Source of the DNA: Chlorokybus atmophyticus
Taxonomy: Eukaryota; Plantae; Mesostigma and Chlorokybus algae
Assembly: GCA_009103225.1 (NCBI GenBank)
Contig: RHPI01001737.1
Coordinates: forward strand, 443,177-507,176
Reading direction: 5' to 3'
Length of the DNA: 64,000 bases
Shown here: positions 11,488 to 23,890 of the stretch, piece by piece
How positions within the stretch are numbered: the stretch's first letter is position 1
Layout: every line of letters begins with the position of its first letter
Position numbers and translations under genes: made by a program
The notes under the pieces: generated by a model
The model's input: the letters and a program-made list of their open reading frames with translations, nothing else
What the model was told of the DNA's origin: nothing
Databases searched by the model: none

Positions 11488-13575
11488 TCAGGACCATGAT
11501 AGAGGCGAGCCTACTTGAACATAGCCTAGTGCAACCAACATCTGCCTGCCTACATACTCGGAGTATGCGGGGGGGATGCATTCGACTAGTGTAGACTCAT
11601 CGGAGATCCAATCAATGCCGAGAGCATGCCTCCACCCTGTCATGGTTCCTGTGGAGGCAGCCTTCCCGTACACTGGATACATCTGCTGTACACCGCATGG
11701 GTTCTGCTGGAGGGTGTCGGCTGTGCGGTGTCCAGACAGTGCGCCTCATCGCTTGTCGGTGTGGGTGCATACCAAGTCCACACTGACGACAGGCACTGTC
11801 TCGAACACACAATGCCTAAAAGTGGGCAGGCCGAACATTGTCCCACACAACACCATGTTTGGCTTCATGAACTGTGATGCGTCGGGGATGTTCTCGATAA
11901 CAAACGGTTTGCCGCTACGGTGCAGACGATCATGCAGTGCGTGCAGGAGTGTGCTGTGCTGCCATGTGCTGCCATGTTGCCTACGCTGTGACTCTGGTAT
12001 GCAACGAGCAAACGCCTGGCAAGGTGGACTTGCCCAAAGAATATCGTACGGCTGGAGGTCTACCGTCAGTGCATCCTCGTTGATAAAGGTGAAAGGGTAG
12101 CCTGGCTGCTCATGTATATCAACTCCCGTGACGTCAAACCCAGCACGGTATAGGCCCATGCTGGCGCCCCCTCCACCGCAGCACATATCCAGCAGCTTGG
12201 GTCTGTGCGGTGCCCCTGTACGCTGCTGTGCTGTGTGTGTCACCAGTAAAGGAGCGGACCGTCTCCATAAAGGCAGAATAGGCAATGGAGGAGTGGCCTT
12301 GCGGTTAGTAGGTGCTCTACTGCCACCGATGCAGAAGCAGCCTTCGCTGCCATAGTTGTCCAGCACAGCCACTATGTTGTGATTGTCTACGAGCACATGT
12401 TGCACATCACCATCAGAAAAGTGAACGCTGTGCCGTCCTGCATGCGGACACACTGTGTCAGCACATGCACACAGCCTGTACACACAGTCAGTGGGTACAA
12501 CATCTGTTCACCTATGCGACTGTTGTGGGCGTAGATGCTGCCAGCATACATAGCGGCGTCCGCTGGCCAGTAAACCATCACTGTTAGTCCCACGAGTGCA
12601 GGCCCTCCATCCAGGCAGCGTTGGCGCAAGTTTTCCACTGTTATTTCAAGCGCGTGCGCAGACTTCTGCGCGCAAAGCTGCTGTTGAAGAGGGAAGCGTA
12701 CAACCAATGCCCGCTGTGCGTTTGTGTGTGGCAACTGTGTTGGTTTGTCCACGAGTCTCGCATGGCGGACGCGCATGGTGCGACATGCAGTTCTTATGCG
12801 TGTGCACGACACACATGATATCGCTAAGTCGCAGTCATAACGCCCAACGCACAGCTGCAAGAACACAAGAATGTAGAGCACACGTGTGTGACCATGCGCG
12901 TGCCTGCGGCATGTGCGCAGGCTTGCCTGGAACAAACTCACATGCACGCGCGCAGCAGTGCACAGACTGCTAGAAACGATGCGTGAACGCTGGCATGTGC
13001 ACTTACTGCTGCTCCCTCGTGTGACCCGAATTGGAAGCTCTGAACAATCGCATGTTGGACTTGATCACCGCGCCCGCAGCGACGACGCTGGGACTGCATG
13101 AGTTCAGTAGTGAGCTTGCCAATCGCAGTGTAGTGCAATGCGATTGTGGATAGGCAAAGCCACGTGAATGACATTTACTAACAGGCAATAGCGTGAACCG
13201 CTGGCCGTCCACCAACGTGCCGGGTTGGACATATGGCATGTAGCGCATGGGCTTCCCGTGCCATTCAAACAATGCAGTAGCACATCTATTGCAACAGCAT
13301 TGCTTGTTGAAAAATTCTGGAGAAGTGCAATGTAGCTTGCCTCTGCAAACCATCAGGTGTACTCCAGCACAATGATGGTGCCAACACGCAGCAGTATACC
13401 CAAACCGCGCCGCGTACTCCCTGCAGCTTGCTTCGTGCTGGACCAGTCGAGCACGTTGCCCGTTGCTGACAATGTAACCACGACATACTGTGCACACCTG
13501 TGCTGTTTTGCCCTTGACGGGCGCCACATCCGCCATGCACACACTTGCATGCTCCAAATGACAGCGCATTTCCAT
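11488..13575 (-). pseudogene. Cys-rich/Tudor/phage-type C5 cytosine methyltransferase, copy 1 (premature stop)
   Basis: LLDMCCGGGGA, WASPPCQ, VIENIP, LCGTMFGL, FRHCVFE, ALGIDW...CIPPAYSEYVG; Tudor-like LVGLTVMVYWPADAAMYAG..RHSVHFSDGD; introns 13094-13182 and 12438-12511; in-frame TGA at 11746-11748. Confidence 0.88.
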
Positions 13576-13754
13576 GACCGGCTTTGGATGCTCTCTCCGA
13601 ATGGATGTGAGACCAATCCTAAAACTGTTTACACAACCCTAAAATTCCTTGCATTACCACACAAGACTGTTTCCTGGCTGGTGGCGGCGATGGAGGCGGC
13701 GGCTTCGACAGCCGCGGCACAGTTTCAGACCAGGTCAGCAGGGTGTGTGTGTCT

Positions 13755-16700
13755 CTAGATGTCGTCCATGTCCATTAGCGTTAAGTCCTCAACGTCGCTG
13801 TCAGAATCCTCAGTGTCTTCCCAATTCCAGTCATCGGGTAGGTCCGCAACATGTAGCCCATCAGGAGGAGCAGCAGGTGCACCCTCACGCGCCGACTCGT
13901 GCACATTGCTGACACCTGTGGTGTCGTTGGTCATAGCGTGGAGGTTTTCGCATCCAATACATAAGCAGCTATAGCTGCATGCCTGGCCTGCTCTCCTGCA
14001 CTTGCATCGCTTGCTGTCGCAGCGTCCCACCTTGCACCCGCATCCATGCATGAGTAGCTGGCGCCTTGATACTGCGGCTGCCATGTTTGCAGGAAGGTCT
14101 TTCACAGCATACCACACTCCTTCAACATGCTGGAAACCGTACTCCGCCAAATCAGGCAGTTGCATCGCATGCTGGCAGCTGTAGCCACATGTTAACCGTG
14201 TAGACAGCGAGCAGTGCGTGTAGCCACAAAGCGTCGACAGTTGGGATTGTATCTCGAGGTGTAGCATTTTTTTTTCCAAAACTGTCTTGTGAATGGCTTC
14301 AAGCCAGTCGCTCAAGAGCACCTTGTTGTTGGTAGTTGCAGTCGCTCCGTGCAGTGCGTAAAACAACGAAGCAGGGGTGCCGCTGTCAAAGGAAGACCTG
14401 TATTTCTCGAAATAGGCACACCCAATCAGTCGCAGCACCGCGAAGCACATCTCGTGCTCCGGGGCACTCACATTGCCGGTGATTAAGTCTGCATGCTGAG
14501 CTAGCACAGTCTTCCAGATGAACTGCTTGGATATGCCTCCAATGAATGACGTGTAGTCACAACCTGTAGCCGCATAAATCACCAACAGCAGCCAGCCACG
14601 ATGCATTGCATCCATGCTGTGTAGCTGGTGCATGCTCCTCACATGCTGCAGCAGGAGTGTCAGGTTGATGAAAGGCGGGCGGGACCCAGCACGAGAGTGC
14701 TATGCGACCTGAACCGTAACGTCCCTCAGCGCCATATCCCAGCTCTCGATCACCGCGAGGCTGATAACTGTTACATCAGTGTCGGGTGAGACTATCATGA
14801 TGTTGTTATAGGGCGCTTTGTGTGCATGCACCCAAACACGAGAATCTGCTTCTCCGTGGTTGCACGTGTCGTCGTTGGTGTGCGTCCTTGTGTACTCTCC
14901 AGCCGACCCGCGCGACACCACGCTGGCAAGGTCACCCAACTCAGCGTCGTTGGATCCGCCGGCCATTACTAATTCTTGGTCGTGTCGCAGGTGTGGTTCT
15001 ATCATGCTTGGCAGGTGTTGAGTTAGCAGCTCGCACAACGACCTCTTCAAGCTGCGATCTCGGAGGACATCCCGCCAACAATTAGGCAGATGGCTGTCAA
15101 GGGTCAGTTGACGTCTAGTCGAGGTGTCTGCTCCGTCACGCGTGCGTTGCAGCGAAGACTTCACCCCCATTTGACACCTTGGTGTATCAAACATTTTGCA
15201 CACTGCGCACAGTTGGGTTCACCAGCCTGCTCAGCACAGCGGTGCGCATTAGGTGCGTGATGTAGTCCTTAATTGTGCCCTGCCCCAAGTGGCACTCTTG
15301 GTTAATCAAGAACATTTCCTCTAAGATAATGCACTCCACCCCTGCAGGCGCGCTTTGCGACCAGCATGGAGCATCATGTGGGCCACTTTCGATAGAAACT
15401 TCGCCTTATCTTCAGAACGCATCTTGCCGGTGAGCTCGTCAAACAACGCCCAAGGGTGTTCACAATACCTTGCTGTGACTGTGTCCTTGTCAGCACTAGT
15501 CGAAGCAAGCCGCTTAGTCACAAGCATCTCTTGCCCATATTGCTTGAGGACGGTAGCCTGTTTGGTAGTTCTTTTCTTGGCCGGAGCCATGGTGGCCAAG
15601 TTGTATCTTCTAGTCACCTTGCATGCCTGCGCCTCTCTGCATATCTCAACTTGCACATGACTGCTCATCGCTTCCACGCCAACTGTGTATTGCCGTGCCA
15701 GGTCAGTGGAGGCAGCTGGTGTTGCTGGCACAACTGATGTTAGATGCGTCAACTGGCTCAGCGGTGGACGAGACAATGCTTGGCTGCTTCTCAGCAGCTG
15801 CTGCAGATGCTGAAGGTCATTTCCACAATGTGACGCATCAGCCGTGAGAGTACGCACCACCCTGTTGCAATTGTCGTCTGCATCAGCATCCATATCGTGC
15901 AATGGCAAGTCTTGTTCCAAAAGCAGCTGGCGACTTAGTTGGTTTTGTAACTGGCTCCGCTCCCCAAGGTACAGCCTTGGCTGTTTTGTGGTTGGCTGAA
16001 ACAGGGACATCTTCATGTCCCTGTTCACTTGGCACCCATGTGCCTCGTCCAATGCCACCAACCGACCTGGTGTCCCTGTCAGGCTCACCGTAAAACCGCC
16101 CGCAGCGAGCATGTCAACCAGGGATGACGGCATGAGCTGGAGGTCAGCCAAGTGCAGAGTCATGACCTTCTGATAGTTGAATCTGTCCCATGCAAACGAA
16201 AGTGGGCTCAGACCCTTCCAACTCGCTAGCCTCAGGTGCCAAATTTGTTGCCGAACAGAGCAGAATAAAGCCAGGTAATGCAGCATATCTCTGTTCACGA
16301 AATGCCACCAGAACTGCCAAGTCGCATCTTGCTGTGCCTTATCTTCGCACCATATCTCGAACAACCTCCGTGGTCGACTGGCCGTGACACCTTGCTGCGC
16401 CCAGCCTTGTTCGCACTGCTGTTTCGTGCTTGCTTGCAACTGCTCCCACCACAGGTCGTGGATGTGCCGGTATAATGCCTCCCAAACCTTGCATAAAAAG
16501 TTGTGGATCCGTTTTCAATGACTGCCATCTGCCAGATGGTTTCTAGCAGTTGATGCGGAGAACCCACACTCCAAGGACATTGTGTCTAGGCCAGCGTCCC
16601 ATGCCATCTTCATCAGCACGGGCTGCATATTCATTAGCACGTGAAAGTCGCCAGGAACAGGCACTACCCAATCCCGATATCCCGGCTCGGCTTTCTTCGA

Positions 16701-19700
16701 GGCATGCATGAGTGCAAACGTTTTCTGGTCTCCAGTAATGCACATCTTGCTTTGCTCTTCGTTCAAAACAACCTTGCTCCGCAAGTGGAGCGCGATCGTG
16801 AGATTATTAATCGTGTCAGGGTAGAACGGGAGCATTGGAAGGTACTTAATGTCGTTGGCTACCATGGGTGGCTCTGCACTGGAGATGTTAAGATTCTGCG
16901 CCCAACTGTCCTTGAGGGTTGGTAACGCATTCTGCTCTTCCACGCGCATCCGGAACAGCACTGTGTTATGCATCGTCACCTTGAACTGATCCATGGCAGC
17001 CAACTCTGCCGGCTGGAGATGCAGCATTCGGTCACTGCGTACCGCCGCGTGTTGCCTGTGTCTGGGTTGAGTCGGAGGCCGCGTCTCAGGACATGGAGGC
17101 GCCAGCATGGCCTCTTGCAACGTGTGGTTGCGCGTACGCTGTGCAACAGAACACATACAATGTCACCCACTAACAGTTTGCACTGCTACTCGGCGGGGTA
17201 ACTTGACATCATGCATGCATGACTCAACTGCGCACTGTGGTGTATACACACCTGCAGGTCGACCGGCATACTCCTCGGACGCCCGAGCGTGGATGTGAGC
17301 TTCGTGGACGTGGCATGTATGTCGCCTGTAGTTCTGCCTTTATACTTGGCTTGGTAACCAGCCCTCACATCCAAGTTGTCTATTGAAGCCAGGACATGCA
17401 TCCCGGGCCGTGGTTGTAGTCTTGCAATTGAATGCAAGTTGTGCACAGCACGCTGATGGATGTGGCTGTTCATGTGACACCTGCTGGCGGTTACCCCCAG
17501 ACGATTCAACGTCTATATTACTTGTTACCCGTTGTCGCTTGGTCAACTGCGTCGGTCACCACCAGGTGCAACGGGGACATGGCCCACTTGCTTCTTGCGT
17601 ACACCGCAGAATGGAACAGAAAACATGTTTTGTTTTGCAGGATGGCTAGATTCCTTGCATACCGTGGCCCAGGGGACTTGACTCTCTCCATGGCAATATA
17701 CCCTGTCAAAGCTCCGAACACCTTGCGCAACGTCTCCCCAGAGGTCTCCCACTCAGCTTGCCAGTCAACGAAGCGCAAGTCGTGATCAACCTGGTTGCGC
17801 TCCACCAAGCGTTGTCTCTCCTTCTCCATCAGCATGTTCAAGTTACGCAGCACCACTTCAGGCACTTCTGGTTCTCTCAACGATGTACCTCTGCCTCTGG
17901 AGTAAGTTGCGGTCGGCACATCGGTCACCCGCATCGCATGGCGCAGCAGACACGCTAATGGGTCTGCCCAGGCAGCGATCACCAGAGTGCCCTGTTGCCG
18001 TGCACCAGTCACTGAAATGATGGCGCCCTGTAGTCTAGCCTGCACTGCTCTCAGCAGCACCCGAGCCTGTTTGATGCGGTGCTTCGCTGCCACAGCCGTG
18101 ACGAGAACAACCGCGTCCTTGTGCAGCAGCTGTGCTGCCACATCCTTCACCGCACAAGTCAACGCATCGACTCCTGCCTCTTCTGCGACAGCCCGGACGT
18201 CGTCTTCATACAGCAGTCTAACCTCTTCCGCCACCATAGCGTCATGCTGTGCATTTGAAGAAGGTCTTTGTGTGCTGATGGTGTCCCGGAGCCCAGCTAT
18301 CACATCCTCCAGCTCCACTTGGCGGCAGCGGTAACCATCACGGTCTTGCTCTGCTACCTCACGCTGCAATTTCTCCATACAAGACTGAGTCGCCTCCTCC
18401 TGCACCCTTGTCTCCAACACCTGAAACCCACACAAAACCTCGTATCCTCTATTTGCGAGTCCCAATGGCACACAGCAACACAGCACACAGTACCTGCACA
18501 TGCTGTGCGAGGTCGTCCAGCTCTTCTTGCAACTCCCCTCTCGCGCGCTCAGCCTCCTGTCGCTGCGTGACATTGGTCGTCTGCTGCTGGCGCAGCACTT
18601 GGCTCACTTCCTGTTAGGAGCATCAGCACTGGATTCAGCCTTAACCCAGCACGCAATTCAGGTACATATAGTTCACGCCTGACAACAATAATATGTGCCA
18701 CACATAGTACTGCACAACTTGCAGTGCCACAGCCATATGCCATATGCTCACCTCCCACTGTGTGTGCAAGTGTTGCGCTTCCTTTTTCGCTCACTCACCC
18801 ACATCGTCATGTGACGTGTGCAAACCGCTGTCACTGTCTGGCACTGCTGCCGCGCGTTCACGCAACTCCACTGCCAGTGCAGCTCGTTCCGCAAAGACAT
18901 TTTGCAGCGCATCAGACAAGCGCTGCACCTCTCGCTTTAGGAACTGCAGGTCCCAGCAACTCCGTATCAACACAAGGGTGTACAGGATAGATAGGCAATC
19001 AAAGGTGCAACCATGCATTGACATTCTTTCAACACACGCCACCATGCTGTGAGAATCACTCACATCATGCACATGTCAGTATTGGTTGCTAGATAGCACG
19101 CCCATGCGTGCATGTTGCTGTGTCATTATCACCACACGATTGCATAGACATCCCAACGTACAATCTTGCATGAGCACAATGGTTGACATGACATTCAACA
19201 ACACACTAAGCGCATGTTCCAGCATAGTACCTCTACTTGGCTGAATACACGTGTTTGTCTACACGTTGTATCACCATGCATAGGAGCAGCGGCCACACTC
19301 ACATTGCGGACAGGATCTGCACGCACAACAACAATCCAATCAAGATCCGCCAGTGAGACACAACAACCATGTCTAACCCGACGCAGGCACAGCATCATTT
19401 GCACAACGGCATCACACTAGTTTACTCAAATCAACATGAGCTGAGCTACATAGCGATCATTGTTTCCATCAACCACTACAGGGACCCACCTGACCCATTC
19501 ATAGAAGGAGTCTTGGGCGTCTTAGGAGGTGCCTTTGCGTTGCCATTAAGTCTACCGATTGTCGGACCCAGCACAACACGGTTACCATCTCTGTCAGTGC
19601 GCGCATTATGATGCTGGTACTGCTGCAGAGCGGCTGCAGCAGGCACTTGCTGGTGCGCCACTACATGATGGTGCTTGGAACGATTTGGAAGTTGCGCCGA

Positions 19701-20340
19701 CAAAGGGGCCATATTCTCCTGGTCCTCCTCCTCCTCCTCCTCCGACTCCGAAGGCCCGGGATCAACATCATTGCTCTGCACGACAACACTGGTCACCAAC
19801 TGCAAGGATGCATGCACACAACTCTAACGTTCTACCAACAGTCTAAGCCACCTGGTCATCAAGACCGTCTTGACTGCACGCAGGCAGACGTGGTGCATCC
19901 TACACCAACACAACTATATCAGCAGAAGCGCAAAAGCATTATGAACAGCTGCATCACCATACGTGCAAGCCAGCACGACCATTGAAAAACTAACCGCGGG
20001 CAATGGATTTACTAACAACTCGTCGTCGACCCATCTCCACGTCCGCCCGGATGTCAAAGCATGCAAGAAAATTCCGGTGGCATTCATCCTAAACTTTTGC
20101 AACTTCAACTCCACCTTGAGTTGGTTGACAAACTACTTGTCTTCCGCCCGACGGCGCTTGGCATACTCTCGCTGGTTGTCACAACGGACCACGCGAGCAG
20201 ACTCCAGCGCCTCCAACCGCTGAAGTTGCCGCTCAACATTGGACGGCAAATTACCCTCCTCCGCAACCACCGTCTCCGCCATCACCGCCGCAAATGCAGA
20301 CACCCACAGCCAAAACAACCAAGGCTGAATGCTCACAGCA
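13755..20340 (-). pseudogene. Multi-exon DDE transposase (RAG1/Transib/Chapaev-like core, inferred) fused to a FEN1/XPG-like nuclease and C-terminal CXC domain; several stops
   Basis: ASIDNLD, ITGDQKTF, PGDFHVLMN, VALDEAHGCQVNRDMK (putative catalytic E appears as G); FD..., NHGEADSRVWVH, SPDTDV, ATGCDYTSFIGGISK; GCGCKVGRCDSKRCKCRRAGQACSYSCLCIGCEN; 5' exons and start approximate. Confidence 0.72.
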
Positions 20341-21129
20341 CAATTTGAATTCGCACACCATTAAACAGCCAAGACACAGCGCGCGCAGCGCTGGGCCACA
20401 GCATATACACACAAGATATCGATATCTTGACAACACCACATCACCTAACCGACACGCATCACATATGCTAACCACGGTTCTTCTCTACGCGAACACAGCT
20501 GATTGACAGCCGTTTCGCACCCTCGTTCACGGCACGACAGTGTCAACTGAGCACGCTGAACTCACGCAAATCTACGCTGTCAATCAGCTTCGTGCCAACG
20601 ACATTCAACAATGTTCACGATTGACTCACGTCGCGAGGGCGCATCGCTGCCGTCGGTCTGCTCCAATATCACACAGCCGGCATAATCTTTCGCCCATTAG
20701 CGTCAGGACTGAGATGCGCCTGCAGCGGTGGGCCTCAGGCGCTATGTGACACAGCGACACTGCGTGCCATACTGTGCGGAGCAGACTGCAGGCGCATGCA
20801 CATGCAACACACAGCCAGCACATCAGTATGGGCGTATATACATATATAAAAAGTGGGGAAAACAGTGTTGGCCACACACGAACAGCGCGGGCACAGCTGA
20901 CAACAACTAGCTAATCATATAGCTCAACTACTTATGCATTTTTTTCTGCCGGCGCTGGGGCATTCTTTCGCCAGGGGCGCTTGTCCTGCTGACGTCCGCC
21001 TCCCGCATTGTGCTGTGGTTGGTCATGGCGTCTATCTTTGTCCTTACATCGCAAAATGTTTCCCGTGCCGGCCGACCAAATATTGGCAATGGCCGTGCCC
21101 CTGAGGATACTCATTTCGACTGTCGTGGC

Positions 21130-22475
21130 TCACTTCACTGGTAATCTCGATACAGGGACCTGAGCATAACGGCTGTCACCATCAATCGGCGGCCGTTTAC
21201 AAAAAGAGCCTGACCCTAATTGACAGGTACCTGTCAAGTACCCATTAATCAAGCAAAAGGGAATTAACCTAACTGACAAGTAATGAACCAGCATCTAACA
21301 ATTAGGCACCGGCGACCGTACATCAAATGATTGTGCCTGACAAGAACCAGATGGTATCTGTATAGTACCGGCCATTATTAATGTGTACCATCATAGGTAC
21401 CTGTTGGTACCGCTTGGTCATGATTATGCATCACACAATGATTGTCGTCAGCTGTGCAAGACGGTGACAAGTAATGAATTTGTAATGCCAATAAAGTTTT
21501 TATGCCACAATGTAAACTCCACGAAGCTATTGCTACTACTACTAGTAGTACAACTAAGCTACTATTTTTAGTCCTATCACCCTTGTACTAAGCTGCAGCT
21601 CTTACATCGCCCGCCACTTGAGCTGATAGCTCCGCCGCCGCTCCTGTAAAGTCAATTAACAGTAGCATACACGCCTACATGCTGTCGCTTGCCATGTATC
21701 GCCGCCGCCGCCGCGTCTGGCCTGGCCGCCCTATGGTACAAAGGGTGGGTAGGCTGCCTGCGCTGTTGCACATAACACAACGTTATGAAATACCGCAACT
21801 AAGCTCACCTACTGTTGGCCATTGCCGCCGCCGCCACCACCACCGCCGCCGCCGCCGCCGCTGCTGCAGCGCTGCTAGCCCCTGCACAACGCTCACAAGT
21901 CACGTGAGTCAAGTGTCAACTTGAATGAAGCCGTTCAGCTTTTGTATGCTGCCAAAGACACGATGGCACAATCGTACTGTCAAAACGGTACGATTGTGCC
22001 ATCGTCGCGATGGGAGCATCGTACTATGTTAATTGTACATCAAATGCAACGTATAAAAGTCACGACTTGCTGGCAATATGCAGCGACAAGTAGGAGTTGC
22101 CGGTCACTTGCTTGTCGCTAAAAGATTGCTGCCGCGCATCACATGCTACGGTTAGGTGATGATCGACATTCGGCCGGCACCACAAGTCACTATAAGGCGA
22201 CCTGCTTGCCACAACAAGCAGGCCGCCGCGATGGCCAGGCTACGATCAACAGTCGGCCGTCACTGCAAAGTCACATGCTTGCCATTTCAGGCAGGCAGCC
22301 ATTACTTGTGTACTATTTACAGTTGATTGGCCGTCAACAACAGCCTTCCACAATAGCCGACGGCAGACCCAACAGTCCAAAAGTGACATGCTATGCACGG
22401 TCAAACACCCGTCAGTCCCTCAGTCCCTGGTCAGTCACTCAGTCCCTGGTCAGTCACCGTGTAAAATTTGCGACG
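21130..22475. repeat. Hairpin- and palindrome-rich non-coding block
   Basis: TTGACAGGTACCTGTCAA palindrome at 21220-21237; 17-bp perfect stem 21961-21977/21988-22004; CAGTCCCT repeats at 22413-22455. Confidence 0.8.
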
Positions 22476-22476
22476 T

Positions 22477-23890
22477 TTACGTCGGCGTGTCTTGCTCACG
22501 CTGTCTGTCACGGTGACCAGTATCCTTGTTGCTGAGAATCATGAGCGTGGCATAGTAAGCAACAAAGCGCAGCATGCATGCAGCGCAGATGCACACAAGG
22601 GCACGGCTAGTGGCCACCATGCACATGCCGCCCTTAAACAGATCAGACACCTGGCAACGTGCTGGAACTGACTGCAATGCTGCGCAGCCGTGCGCCGCAC
22701 TTCATTGTAAAGGTTGAGGATCCCGTCGATGAGACGAGCCTCCGTATATGTCTTCAAGAGCTTTGTCTTGGCTGCTTCCAACAAGCGTGCACAATCTTCA
22801 CTGAATGACGCGGCGTTGTTTTCTCTAAACTCGCGGAACAAGCTAGCTTCTAGCAGCACATGTATATATGCCGCCATGAGCGGGTACCTTGAATCCATGA
22901 CAATCTTGGAACGCCTCCACATGTTAAGGAGGCCTCCCATGGATGTGTCATTGTTGATGCGGTTTGCAATGTTTTGCCGCACCCGCACATAGTGAAATGT
23001 GCCAGTGAATTGCATGACATGCATGCCGTTGGGTGCAAGCACCATGCCGTTGGTGTTGGTAGACCCATTTTCATCCTCGATGGGCGGTGCGGGAGTGTGC
23101 GCGGTGGCATCCACAAGAAACACACATGAAGCGGGAACTTGTGCTTTGAGTTGTGAGGGTAAGAGTGTGGTGTTGAGGGTGCCTAGTGCGGAATCCTCCA
23201 CGCCGTCAGCACGCGCTACCAAGCATTCACCACTCATGCTATGAGCACCACCTTGTTGACGAGGGCGTGGAGGTCACGAGGAGGAGCCACGTCCTCACTA
23301 CTCGCCGCCCCCATCTTCCTCGCTGGAGTTTAAGGCCATGAAGCTCTCCACGGCAGCGGTGAGGGCCTGGAAGGCCCCAGCTGCAGCGGCAAAGTCACAT
23401 TGGCAGCGCCGGCGCCCTGCGCTCCTGGCAGCACGCAGGGCCTCCATGCGGGAACAGCGAGAACCGGAGGAACCGCTCCTTCCGGAGGAACCGCTCTTTC
23501 CGGAGGAAGGGGTGGAGGTGGCTGACAGGGGAGAGGTGGGGGAGGTTGCGCCGCCTGAAGAAGTGGGGGAGGCGCGTGAGACGTGGCCTCCAGTTGTGGG
23601 GGAGAGCGGCGGGAGGAATGAGCGCGGCTCCGTACTGGGGCTCTGCGCCTGGCAGGGCTACGGCTGCGACTGCGGCGGAAGGTCCTGCTGCGGCCGGGGC
23701 TCTGGCTCCGGTTCCGCTCCCACAATGGCGTCGGGGAGCTGCTGCGCTGAGGGCGCTGCAGGTGGCGGGAGCTGCGGCGAGGGCTCCGTCGGTTTAGGTT
23801 TTGGGGTTGTTGTTGTTGTTGTTGTCTTCAAGGCTGTGACTACGTACAACAGTCATCTTAGCAACTGGAATTGTTGTGCTTTTCGCTAGT
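22477..23890 (-). CDS. Unknown cargo gene with a Pro/Ser-rich N-terminus, probably partly decayed
   Basis: 232-aa ORF 22539-23237 with protein-like composition (FHYVRVRQNIANRINNDT...LLEAAKTKLLKTY) preceded by low-complexity coding-like sequence; no family recognised. Confidence 0.4.

Noticed and set aside
9450-11520. Plus-strand gene remnant converging on methyltransferase copy 1
   Set aside because: Scattered splice-like signals and short ORFs, but no consistent frame or recognisable domain
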